64,000 nt of DNA from Patescibacteria group bacterium. GTDB taxonomy: Bacteria > Patescibacteriota > Minisyncoccia > Minisyncoccales > JAHCRE01. Below the pieces are notes generated by a model. The model did not search any database, was not told the origin of the DNA, and saw only the letters and a program-made list of their open reading frames with translations. Position 1 is the first letter of the stretch. Every line of letters starts with the position of its first letter. Below, piece by piece: positions 1 through 8,185 of the stretch. The stretch covers positions 4,456-68,455 of the forward strand of contig JAHCRE010000016.1 of NCBI GenBank assembly GCA_020148145.1, written 5' to 3'. Position numbers and translations under genes: made by a program.

Positions 1-324
1 AAAGAACTAATAAATAATAAAGATTGCCCAGCGATGGGCTTTTTGATTTGGGTAAACAATTCGGCTTTTTCGGGAAAGTGGAATATTTACCAAGTAGCCA
101 ATCATACAAATCGTAGGGCGTCGCTATCCGAGGCTATTTTGACTGTTTTGATTTGAAAAAAAAGATTTTGGGTTCTAATTTTTGACTTTTCTTTTTCCTT
201 TAATAGTTATTCTTTTAATCATTTAAGCGTCTCTGCCCTATTTTTACCTCTTGCTCTATCCTTTTATCCGCCAAAACATTTATTTTTTTTAGTTTTTTTG
301 TATTTTTTAAAGGTTATTTAAAAA

Positions 325-837
325 TCATTGATTGAACAGTTTTTGTTTTTCTTTAAAAAATCTTTCTTCAGAAAGGAAACAATCATATAAGCTTATTTTT
401 CCTTCTGTGCTAATTAATGGTAATTCTGACAATGTATTACTGGAAAAACAATAAAAAGGAGTATTAATAGGAGAATTAATAGAGGGATAAGAGATAAGTG
501 TCTCATTGGTCAAGATATCCTTGACCCGCTTCGTTGTCCCACAATTATAATAAAGAAGGCAGGTGTGTAATTTTTTGTTGTAAGTATATTCATAGGAACA
601 CCCGATTTTTTCTCCTTGCTCTCCAACGATCTTTTCTCCCTCCTCTCTACATTTCTGTTTCATGGAAAACAAAAAGTCAGTTTCTTTTTTCTCAACTTGT
701 AATTCCAGATAATCTTTCAAAACTCCTCTAACGTCAGTAATAATAAAACCTGCTATAGTTAAAATACCCGCAATCAGAATTATAGCTTCTTTGTGACGAT
801 TAAGAAAACTCCATATCTTTTGAATAACTTCGTTCAT
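325..837 (-). CDS. hypothetical membrane-anchored protein
   Basis: 170-aa ORF. One N-terminal hydrophobic helix (AIILIAGILTIAGFIITDV), then a Cys-containing soluble part. No family motif recognised. Confidence 0.45.
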   Translation of the reverse strand: MNEVIQKIWSFLNRHKEAIILIAGILTIAGFIITDVRGVLKDYLELQVEKKETDFLFSMKQKCREEGEKIVGEQGEKIGCSYEYTYNKKLHTCLLYYNCGTTKRVKDILTNETLISYPSINSPINTPFYCFSSNTLSELPLISTEGKISLYDCFLSEERFFKEKQKLFNQ

Positions 838-933
838 TACTCCATTTTATCAAAAAACCGCCTTCTTGGCGATTTTTTATCGGAGCTCCGGCGGCAGGGC
901 TCGAACCCTTAGGCTTCTATTTCCAGTTTGGGC

Positions 934-971
934 TTTAAAACTGATTACATAATTTATAAATATCTCCTGCG
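934..971 (-). repeat. orphan second copy of the last 11 codons plus stop of murC (direct repeat of 1103-1140)
   Basis: 38 bp, 34/38 identical to 1103-1140. On the minus strand both copies encode AGDIYKLCNQF-stop. All 4 differences are synonymous. Confidence 0.8.
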
Positions 972-1102
972 TCGCTCCGCTCCCTCTCGCTTCGCTCGAG
1001 CGCCCCTTCGGGGCTTCGCTTCGCTCCTTGAAACCTTGCGGTTTCAATACTTCCACTACGGGAAAACACCCAGTTTTCCCGACCCTTTTCTGACAGGCGA
1101 TA
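972..1102. repeat. GC-rich mosaic hairpin element (family B) between the two murC 3'-end copies
   Basis: GC-rich block in AT-rich context. The minus strand reads GGGTCGGGAAAACTGGGTGTTTTCCCGTAGTGGAAGTATTGAAACCGCAAGGTTTCAAGGAGCGAAGCG. It shares this module order with 11675-11867, 47891-48009 and 49061-49203. Confidence 0.7.
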
Positions 1103-1103
1103 T

Positions 1104-2438
1104 TTAAAATTGATTACACAGTTTGTAAATATCTCCTGCGCCCATCACTATTACTACTTCCCCACCTTTTAGGTGCTTTTTCAAATAATTAGCTGCTTTT
1201 TCAATTGAGGGAAGACAAATTGCCCATTTTTTATTAATTGCTTTAACTAATTTTTTTGAAGAAACCTGTCCTTTTATTTTCTTTTTTTCTCGGCCAGCTA
1301 CATCGTAGATATCGGTGATAATTAATTTATCAATTGGAGCTGCTTTAAGAACTTTTACAAAATCATCAAATAAATAATATGTTCTTTGATATTGATGGGG
1401 TTGAAAAACAACCCAGATTTTTTTTCTTTTAAATTTTTCTCTAGCCGCTTTTAAAGTAACTCTGACGTTTGTTGGATGGTGAGCATAATCCGAAATTAAA
1501 GTAAAGGGCTTAGTTTTAATGATTTCAAATCGACGCCAAGAACCCTCATATTCTGAAAGGGCTAAAAATGTAATTTTATCTGGAATTTTTAAAACTCTGG
1601 CAACTGCCAAAGCGGCCAAGGCGTTAGAAATATTGTGTTTTCCTGGAATTTTTAAAATTCTTTTTATTTTTTTTGCCTCATTTTGCCTCAACGAATAATG
1701 TAATACATTTCCCACGATCGTAGAAAATGTACTACGCATAGATTTTAATAATAATAACTTGGTGGTATTGGGATCGTCTTTATTGGCTATTAACACTCCG
1801 TCTTTGGGAAGATGTAAAATATATTTTTTATAGGTTTTCAAAATATGATTTAGATTTTTGTAATAATCTAAGTGTTCTCTTTCAATATTCGTTAAAACAA
1901 TGATTTTTGGCCAATAATTTAAAAAAGAGGCCTGCCATTCATCAGCTTCAATAACTAAATATTTTGATTTCCCAAACCTGAAATTACCCACTGTTCCCAC
2001 ACGGGAACTCCCAAATTCTCTCAATTTAGTTCCTAAAATTACAGTTGGATCAAGACCAGCTCTGATTAGAATCAGGGCAATCATTGTACAAGTAGTGCTT
2101 TTTCCATGGCTCCCAGAAATGGCAATAGTTTGGTATTTTTTAGTTAATTCGCCCAAAGCCTGAGGGTAGCTTTGAAGTTTTATTTTTCTTTTTTTTGCCT
2201 CTTTGAATTCAGGATTATCTGACTGGACAGCTGGAGTATAAATTACTAAATTAATGCCTCTGGAAAGATTTTTTGCGTGATGTTTTCCAATAAAAATTTT
2301 CGCTCCTTTATTTTTAAGGATTTCAGTAATTTCAGATGAGACCAAATCTGAGCCAGATACTTCCCAGCCCTTTTTAAGATAATATTGAGATAGGGCTGAG
2401 ACTCCAATACCGCCAATGCCAATGAAATGGATTTTCAT
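1104..2438 (-). CDS. murC: UDP-N-acetylmuramate--L-alanine ligase
   Basis: 444 aa. N-terminal MKIHFIGIGGIGVSALSQYYL and Mur-ligase P-loop GSHGKSTT. Typical MurC length. Carries the 36-bp palindromic insert at 1700-1735 in frame. Confidence 0.9.
   Translation of the reverse strand: MKIHFIGIGGIGVSALSQYYLKKGWEVSGSDLVSSEITEILKNKGAKIFIGKHHAKNLSRGINLVIYTPAVQSDNPEFKEAKKRKIKLQSYPQALGELTKKYQTIAISGSHGKSTTCTMIALILIRAGLDPTVILGTKLREFGSSRVGTVGNFRFGKSKYLVIEADEWQASFLNYWPKIIVLTNIEREHLDYYKNLNHILKTYKKYILHLPKDGVLIANKDDPNTTKLLLLKSMRSTFSTIVGNVLHYSLRQNEAKKIKRILKIPGKHNISNALAALAVARVLKIPDKITFLALSEYEGSWRRFEIIKTKPFTLISDYAHHPTNVRVTLKAAREKFKRKKIWVVFQPHQYQRTYYLFDDFVKVLKAAPIDKLIITDIYDVAGREKKKIKGQVSSKKLVKAINKKWAICLPSIEKAANYLKKHLKGGEVVIVMGAGDIYKLCNQF
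1700..1735. repeat. 36-bp palindromic miniature element (family C, core TTTCNACGATCGTNGAAA), in frame inside murC
   Basis: gtaatacatttcccacgatcgtagaaaatgtactac. Same core as copies at 6640, 44882, 49361, 50354 and 59719. Confidence 0.75.
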
Positions 2439-3013
2439 AATACAGGTTTACCTAATTGGGTTGATTCTAAAATTGTATACTCTGACCCTCCTCTTTTTAG
2501 AAAACTTTCCATCACCTCGATTGAGAAAACTTCAAAACTTAAAGAAAGATCAATATCAACTTCTGGTCTTTCTTCGGGTTCAATTTTTCTGAATTCCCAT
2601 TGCCTGATTCTTCCTAAAGTGATGTGGGGTGAAAATGGCCGGGTTTCCTTCCGATGTTTTGAACCAGCTGAGGCTGACAAGGCATTTTCTAAATCATTTT
2701 TGAGTTTAGTTAATTTTTTTGATTTTTCTCCTTTAACCCAGACCATTCGAGGAGGCATTTTTTTGGGAGGACCATAGCAAATTTTATTTAAATTTATAGA
2801 AAATGGCTCATTTTTTTGAACCACTTCCTTTGTAATTTTGCAAATTTCAAAAACTTCTTCATCTGAAATATAGCCCAAAAAAATCAAAGTAATATGCAGA
2901 TTTTCTAATTTTGTCCATCTTGTCGGCAATTCTGGCCATTTTTCCTGAAAATCAGTTAATTTTCTTTTGATATTTTCTGGTAGATTTACGGCAATAAAAA
3001 CTCGGTGGCGCAT
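2435..3013 (-). CDS. thpR: RNA 2',3'-cyclic phosphodiesterase (2H phosphoesterase, LigT/ThpR type)
   Basis: 192 aa with two H-x-T-x motifs (NLHITLIFLG and SPHITLGRI). Its stop overlaps the murC start. Confidence 0.85.
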   Translation of the reverse strand: MRHRVFIAVNLPENIKRKLTDFQEKWPELPTRWTKLENLHITLIFLGYISDEEVFEICKITKEVVQKNEPFSINLNKICYGPPKKMPPRMVWVKGEKSKKLTKLKNDLENALSASAGSKHRKETRPFSPHITLGRIRQWEFRKIEPEERPEVDIDLSLSFEVFSIEVMESFLKRGGSEYTILESTQLGKPVL

Positions 3014-3105
3014 AAAATTATAATATCATATCTATAAATGATTGACAAAAATTGTTAGGCTTGCTATTTTTGAATAAAATTTCTGAAAAGGCTATAATAT
3101 AAACG

Positions 3106-4122
3106 ATGAAAGAAGCATTATTATATAAAAAATTAAAAGGCAAAAAAGTCCAGTGTCGGAATTGCCCCCACTTTTGTGTTATTTTGCCAAAAAATCGAGG
3201 TATTTGCGGAGTTAGAGAAAATATAGATGGCAAACTTTACTCTCTTGTTTATGGAAAGGCTATTGCCTGTCATATTGATCCAATTGAAAAAAAGCCATTT
3301 TTCCATTTCTTACCAGCCAGTTATTCTTTATCAATCGCCACGGTTGGGTGTTCATTTTCCTGCAAAAACTGCCAGAACTGGGATATTTCCCAGGGCCCAA
3401 AGCCAGATAAAAAAATTTTAGGGGAAGATTTGTCTCCAAAAGAGATAGTTAATCTTACTTTGAAAAATAATTTACCAAGTATTTCCTATACCTATACTGA
3501 ACCAACAATTTTTTTGGAGTATGCGATAGAGACAATGAAATTAGCCAAAAAGAAAGGTCTAAAAAATACCTGGGTGAGTAATGGTTTTATGAACGAGGAA
3601 TCAGCTAAATTAATAATCCCCTATCTCGATGCAAACAATATTGATATTAAGAGTTTTTCTGATGAATTTTATCGGGAGAATTGTGGAGGCAGGCTTCAAC
3701 CTGTTTTAGATACAGCCAAACTAATGAAAAAATCAGGTATCTGGGTAGAAATTACCACTCTGGCTATTCCCACTCTAAGTGATTCTGAAGAAACATTTAA
3801 AAAAATTGCCAAATTTATTTATGAAGAATTGGGCTCAGAAACTCCCTGGCATGTTACCCAATTTTCTGGAGCAATTTCCTGGAAACTGAGAGATATACCT
3901 AATACTCCAGTCGAAACTTTAAAAAAGGCTTACAAAATCGGCAAAGATGCAGGTTTAAAATATGTTTATACTGGCAATGTTCCTGGCCTTCCCTCAGAAG
4001 ACACTTTTTGCCCAAAATGTAATGCCCTGGTAATCGATCGAACAAATTATATTATTCATCGCTACGACAAAAATAGTAAATGCCCCAAATGCGGTGGAGA
4101 TTTAGATTTAATTTTAAAGTAA
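3106..4122 (+). CDS. amrS: AmmeMemoRadiSam-system radical SAM enzyme
   Basis: 338 aa. CxxxCxxC radical-SAM cluster motif (GCSFSCKNCQNW). Extra N-terminal (CRNCPHFC..CGVR) and C-terminal (CPKC..CPKCG) Cys clusters. Followed 1 nt later by a LigB/Memo-like gene. Confidence 0.8.
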   Translation: MKEALLYKKLKGKKVQCRNCPHFCVILPKNRGICGVRENIDGKLYSLVYGKAIACHIDPIEKKPFFHFLPASYSLSIATVGCSFSCKNCQNWDISQGPKPDKKILGEDLSPKEIVNLTLKNNLPSISYTYTEPTIFLEYAIETMKLAKKKGLKNTWVSNGFMNEESAKLIIPYLDANNIDIKSFSDEFYRENCGGRLQPVLDTAKLMKKSGIWVEITTLAIPTLSDSEETFKKIAKFIYEELGSETPWHVTQFSGAISWKLRDIPNTPVETLKKAYKIGKDAGLKYVYTGNVPGLPSEDTFCPKCNALVIDRTNYIIHRYDKNSKCPKCGGDLDLILK

Positions 4123-4123
4123 T

Positions 4124-4924
4124 ATGGCCTTAACTTTTGCCTCAATCTGTCCTCATCCACCAATAATTATTCCGACAATTGGAAGGCCAGTCGATTTGAA
4201 GTTGGTCTCAAAAACAATTGAAGGAATGGAAAAGTTGACTGAAAAATTTACAGAGGCCCGTCCTCTGACAATTTTGGTAATCTCTCCTCATGGCCCGGTT
4301 GATTCTGATAATTTCACAATCTCTAATTCCCCTACCCTGGTTGGACATTTTTATCATTTTGGCGATTTCGCTACCGAACTTATTTTCAAAAATGACCAAA
4401 ATTTAATTGAAAAAATCGAAAAAGAGTCAAAAAACAAAAAAATTTCTCTAAAATCAGTAAATATCAAAGAAATCGACCACGGGGCTTTAGTGCCCCTTTA
4501 TTATTTAACAAAAGGGCTTCCTAATGTAAAAGTAGTTCCCTTAACTTTTTCTTATTTGGATTTAGGAGCTCATTTTGAATTTGGAAAAATTCTCCAAAAA
4601 GTAGTTACCAGAGAACAGTTCTCTGGTAACTGTGGAATTATTGCCTCTGGTGATTTATCTCACAGATTAATGCCTAATGCCCCAGGTGGTTTTTCTCCTC
4701 GAGGAAAAGAATTCGATGAAAAATTAATTGAACTTTTGAAGAAAAAAGATGTGAGAGGAATTTTAAATATGCCCTCTGATTTAGTTGAAGAAGCTGGTGA
4801 ATGTGGCTACCGCTCAATAATAATTTTGCTCGGCGCTCTAAACGGACTAGATTGGCAGCCAGAAATTCTATCTTATGAGGCTCCATTTGGAGTAGGATAT
4901 TTAGTAGCTAATTTTAAATTATAA
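4124..4924 (+). CDS. class III extradiol dioxygenase (LigB/Memo superfamily) protein, probable B component of the AmmeMemoRadiSam system
   Basis: 266 aa. Motifs ICPHPPIIIP, ISPHGP, DHGALVPL and SGDLSHRL are typical of the LigB-fold metal site. Translationally coupled to amrS. Confidence 0.6.
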   Translation: MALTFASICPHPPIIIPTIGRPVDLKLVSKTIEGMEKLTEKFTEARPLTILVISPHGPVDSDNFTISNSPTLVGHFYHFGDFATELIFKNDQNLIEKIEKESKNKKISLKSVNIKEIDHGALVPLYYLTKGLPNVKVVPLTFSYLDLGAHFEFGKILQKVVTREQFSGNCGIIASGDLSHRLMPNAPGGFSPRGKEFDEKLIELLKKKDVRGILNMPSDLVEEAGECGYRSIIILLGALNGLDWQPEILSYEAPFGVGYLVANFKL

Positions 4925-5788
4925 TTCTCTAATCTTTTCGGCTATTTTCTCAACAACTGAGATTTCAGAAATTGGTGAATCTATTGTATCTGTAGCAATA
5001 AATTTTTCGACTTTTTTAGAAATAGTTTTAATGGCTTCTTCTTTTAAAACATGTAAAACGGCACAATAAATTCTTTTAGCTCCGGCTTTTTTTGCTATAT
5101 CAATTGCCTTTAACGCTGTTGTACCTGAACTAACAATATCATCGACAATTATTAAATCCCTATTTTTAAAATCCAATCTACTCTTGAAAGTTATTTTCCC
5201 TGTTTTTAAATCTCGGTGTTTTTCAAAAACAAAATTTTTAGTTCCTAATATCTTGGAAATAACTTTTATTTCCTTAGTTATCCCAAAATCAGCCCCCACT
5301 ACTATTGGATTTTTAAAATTAAGACTTTTAAAATATTGACCAATAACTCCAAATCCATTGATGTTATAAGCTGGCATTTTTGTCAAAGAAATTCTTTCTT
5401 TTCCCCTATTGGCGTGGCTAGAAACTGTAAAAAATCTGCTTGCTCCGGCTTTTCTTATCAATTCTAAAACATATTTTGCTGAAAAAGGCTCCCCTTTTCT
5501 GAAAGTTTTATCTTGTCTGGTATAAACAAAATAAGGCATTAAAACATCAATTTTTTTCACTCCAAGAGATTCTAAATTTTTTATTGTCAATAAGATTTCA
5601 ATTAGATAACGATTCGGATCGATTGGCAATTTCATTCTCTCAGCAAGGATAACATGATTATTAACAAAAGGCTGGATTCTCGGACAGACTTCACCATCAG
5701 GAAAAATCCTTTTTTCAAAAAAGATAAATTTCACTTTAAGGCACTTCGCCAATTTTTTTGAAAAATTATCAGATCCTAAAATAATCAT
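4919..5788 (-). CDS. prs: ribose-phosphate pyrophosphokinase (PRPP synthetase)
   Basis: 289 aa. PRPP-binding loop DLIIVDDIVSSGTT. Overall Prs-like layout. Confidence 0.8.
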   Translation of the reverse strand: MIILGSDNFSKKLAKCLKVKFIFFEKRIFPDGEVCPRIQPFVNNHVILAERMKLPIDPNRYLIEILLTIKNLESLGVKKIDVLMPYFVYTRQDKTFRKGEPFSAKYVLELIRKAGASRFFTVSSHANRGKERISLTKMPAYNINGFGVIGQYFKSLNFKNPIVVGADFGITKEIKVISKILGTKNFVFEKHRDLKTGKITFKSRLDFKNRDLIIVDDIVSSGTTALKAIDIAKKAGAKRIYCAVLHVLKEEAIKTISKKVEKFIATDTIDSPISEISVVEKIAEKIREL

Positions 5789-5822
5789 TTTAATTTTTAT
5801 ATAATAACAAAGTTATTGAATT

Positions 5823-6638
5823 ATGAAAACAGAAGAAAAAATCTTAAAACAAGTTGAAATTCTCTTATCAAAAGAGCCAAGGCTGATAGAGATTAGCCAA
5901 TTCAAAAAAATTATTTTTGCTGGTGATACTCATGGGGATTTAGAGATTTCTAAAAAGGTTATTTCAGATTATTTAAAACCAGAAAATATTATAGTTTTTC
6001 TGGGAGATTATGTTGACCGGGGGCCTTTTTCAAAAAAAACTTTAGATTTTTTGTTAGAAACAAAAGTTAAAAATCCAAATCAAATTTATTTGCTTCAAGG
6101 AAATCACGAAGGCCATCATATTTTAAAATTCTCTCCAGCTGATTTTTGGGAAAGATTAGATAAAAAGGAATATCAAAAATATTCTTCAGTAGTAGAAAAA
6201 TTTCCCTTAGCAGTAATAACAAAAGATATCATTGCTTTGCACGGAGCCTTGCCAGATGTAAAGTCCATAAAAGAGATAAACCAGATAAAATTAGGAAGTG
6301 AGGAATGGCTTCAGATTACCTGGGGAGATTTTTCTGAGGTCAAAGGAGAATATTTAGGAAAGGATCCTTTTACCGGTCGTCCCCAATTTGGCAGAGATTA
6401 TTTTTTAAAATTAATGAAAAGATTTAAGAAAAAAGTTTTAATTAGGTCCCATCAACCAGATACTCCTCAGTTTATATTTGATGATAGATGCCTAACCATT
6501 TTTACCTCCTCAGCTTATCCCCGAGAAAGAACCATTGCCATTTTAGATTTCAAAAAGACTACAACCCACCCACCACCCTCCCGCCCTCGGCGGGCCCCTA
6601 TAAAAACTGCCAAAGATTTAGAAATCATAAAAATCTAA
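5823..6638 (+). CDS. metallophosphoesterase (PPP-type Ser/Thr phosphatase-like)
   Basis: 271 aa. Motifs GDTHGD, GDYVDRG and GNHE. The C-terminal TTTHPPPSRPRRAP is encoded by GC-rich repeat 6557-6598. Confidence 0.85.
   Translation: MKTEEKILKQVEILLSKEPRLIEISQFKKIIFAGDTHGDLEISKKVISDYLKPENIIVFLGDYVDRGPFSKKTLDFLLETKVKNPNQIYLLQGNHEGHHILKFSPADFWERLDKKEYQKYSSVVEKFPLAVITKDIIALHGALPDVKSIKEINQIKLGSEEWLQITWGDFSEVKGEYLGKDPFTGRPQFGRDYFLKLMKRFKKKVLIRSHQPDTPQFIFDDRCLTIFTSSAYPRERTIAILDFKKTTTHPPPSRPRRAPIKTAKDLEIIKI
6557..6598 (+). repeat. GC-rich miniature element, family A short form, in frame in the phosphoesterase gene
   Basis: gactacaacccacccaccaccctcccgccctcggcgggcccc. Same element at 14588-14637 and 56822-56863 (reverse). 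Long form at 21117, 26842 and 37667. Confidence 0.8.
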
Positions 6639-6639
6639 T

Positions 6640-6675
6640 GTAACACAAATTCTACGATCGTAGAAAACGTGTGAC
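6640..6675. repeat. family C palindromic element (intergenic copy)
   Basis: gtaacacaaattctacgatcgtagaaaacgtgtgac, immediately after the stop at 6638. Confidence 0.75.
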
Positions 6676-6775
6676 GAAGGTGATTAGAAGAATTTGCTAA
6701 AATAATTCATCAAAAATTCGATACAAAGGTCGATTATTTATATTATTACTCCAAATAAAATCATTAAATGTAAAA

Positions 6776-7480
6776 ATGGTGGAATATAAATGGCTTTCGC
6801 CAAAAATTAAAAGAACCCAAGCGATAGTAAAACCGATGCTAAGGATGCTTGAGAGAGAGGGAAAGAACCTCAGAGTTCTGGATGCAGGATGCGGAGATGG
6901 GACGGTTTCAGAAGTAATAGTGAGATCGGGATACCAGGTTTGGGGAATTGATACAAATCCAGAGGTGCTTAAAGAAGCTCAAAAAAGAGGAGTAAAAATT
7001 TTTGAAGGAGAGTTAGAGAAAGAGCTTCCTTTTGAAAATGAATCCTTTGATGCGGTTTGGTGTTTAAGAGTTCTTGAACATATTTACCATACTGAGCATT
7101 TCTTAAAAGAATGTCACCGAGTATTAAAACAAAAAGGGGAGTTGATTGTTACTGCCCAAAATATGACCTCTTTGACTAATCGGATAAGGATTCTTTTTGG
7201 AGCTTATCCCCTTTGGGTTGCTCCGAGTGAAAACTATCCCTATAAAAACCATTCTCGATTTGCTGACCATATGAGATGCTTTACTAAATCTACCCTTGAA
7301 GAAGTTTTAAAAAAAGCTGGTTTTAAGGTTGAGAGAATTACGGCTGATTTTATTTGTTTTAATCCTGGCCAATATAATTCTCCTCCCTGGTCAGGATTTT
7401 TGGGAAAAATTTGCCCCAGTTTGGGAAAAATTTGCCCCAGTTTGGGAGAAACTTTAATTGCTAAGGCAAGAAAAATATAG
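6776..7480 (+). CDS. class I SAM-dependent methyltransferase
   Basis: 234 aa. Motif I VLDAGCGDG and the downstream acidic loop. Contains the GKICPSL tandem duplication. Confidence 0.85.
   Translation: MVEYKWLSPKIKRTQAIVKPMLRMLEREGKNLRVLDAGCGDGTVSEVIVRSGYQVWGIDTNPEVLKEAQKRGVKIFEGELEKELPFENESFDAVWCLRVLEHIYHTEHFLKECHRVLKQKGELIVTAQNMTSLTNRIRILFGAYPLWVAPSENYPYKNHSRFADHMRCFTKSTLEEVLKKAGFKVERITADFICFNPGQYNSPPWSGFLGKICPSLGKICPSLGETLIAKARKI
7399..7448 (+). repeat. 21-bp tandem duplication (2.4 copies) inside the methyltransferase gene
   Basis: tttgggaaaaatttgccccag occurs twice, then tttgggag. It encodes LGKICPS LGKICPS LGE. Confidence 0.9.
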
Positions 7481-7527
7481 ATGCTGAAAATTAAGGAAAT
7501 TAAAACGAAATTGTTTGTTAAAAAATT

Positions 7528-8091
7528 ATGAATCCACATATTTCTCTTGCTAAATTGGCGGTTGAAACTTATATCAAGGAAGGGAAAATAATTTCTCCGC
7601 CTGATGATTTGCCAGCAGAATTTTTTAAAAAAAAGGCAGGAACTTTTGTGACCATTGAGAAAAGTGGAGATTTAAGGGGTTGTATTGGGACTTATTTGCC
7701 TCTTCGGCAGAATATTGCTGAAGAAATAATCAAAAATGCCATTGCGGCAGCTACTGAAGATTATCGATTTGGGCTAATCAAAGAAGAAGAGCTTCTCCAC
7801 CTCTCTTTTACTGTTTACATTTTAAATGAACCGGAATTGGTTAAAAATACTTCTGAGTTAGATTCAAAGAAATATGGAATAATTGTCAAAACCGTACCTA
7901 TTACCAAGTCGAATGGTACTGATGTAGTTTTTAATGGTCATGTTCCTCACAAGAGCGGACTTTTACTTCCTGATTTAGATGGCGTGGATACTGTAGAAAA
8001 ACAAATTTCTATTGCCTGCCAAAAAGGGGGAATTGATCCGAAATCTGAGAAAATTTTAATTTATAAATTTACAGTAGAGAAATATCAATAA
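7528..8091 (+). CDS. amrA: AMMECR1-domain protein (AmmeMemoRadiSam system protein A)
   Basis: 187 aa. Hallmark AGTFVTIEKSGDLRGCIGT motif. Confidence 0.85.
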   Translation: MNPHISLAKLAVETYIKEGKIISPPDDLPAEFFKKKAGTFVTIEKSGDLRGCIGTYLPLRQNIAEEIIKNAIAAATEDYRFGLIKEEELLHLSFTVYILNEPELVKNTSELDSKKYGIIVKTVPITKSNGTDVVFNGHVPHKSGLLLPDLDGVDTVEKQISIACQKGGIDPKSEKILIYKFTVEKYQ

Positions 8092-8109
8092 ATTGTAGTC
8101 AATAAAAAG

Positions 8110-8128
8110 AGCGGCTTTTGGGGCCGCT
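8110..8128. terminator. bidirectional hairpin terminator between convergent genes
   Basis: AGCGGC-tttgg-GCCGCT stem with an A-run to the left and a T-rich tract to the right. Confidence 0.6.
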
Positions 8129-8185
8129 TAGATTGATATTTTTTTGGCCTTAGTCTATTCTTTTCTCGAATATCTCAATCCCCAC

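Noticed and set aside
868-935. Possible tRNA on the minus strand, suggested by GGGTTCGAGCCC (a T-loop-like sequence) at about 887-900.
   Set aside because: Only a T-arm-like fragment is present, with a 6-nt loop and a mismatched stem. No matching 5' acceptor strand, D-arm or anticodon arm could be folded. At most it is a tRNA 3' remnant.
3018-3233. 71-aa minus-strand ORF overlapping the amrS start.
   Set aside because: It overlaps the amrS promoter and 5' coding region. Low-complexity, with no SD.
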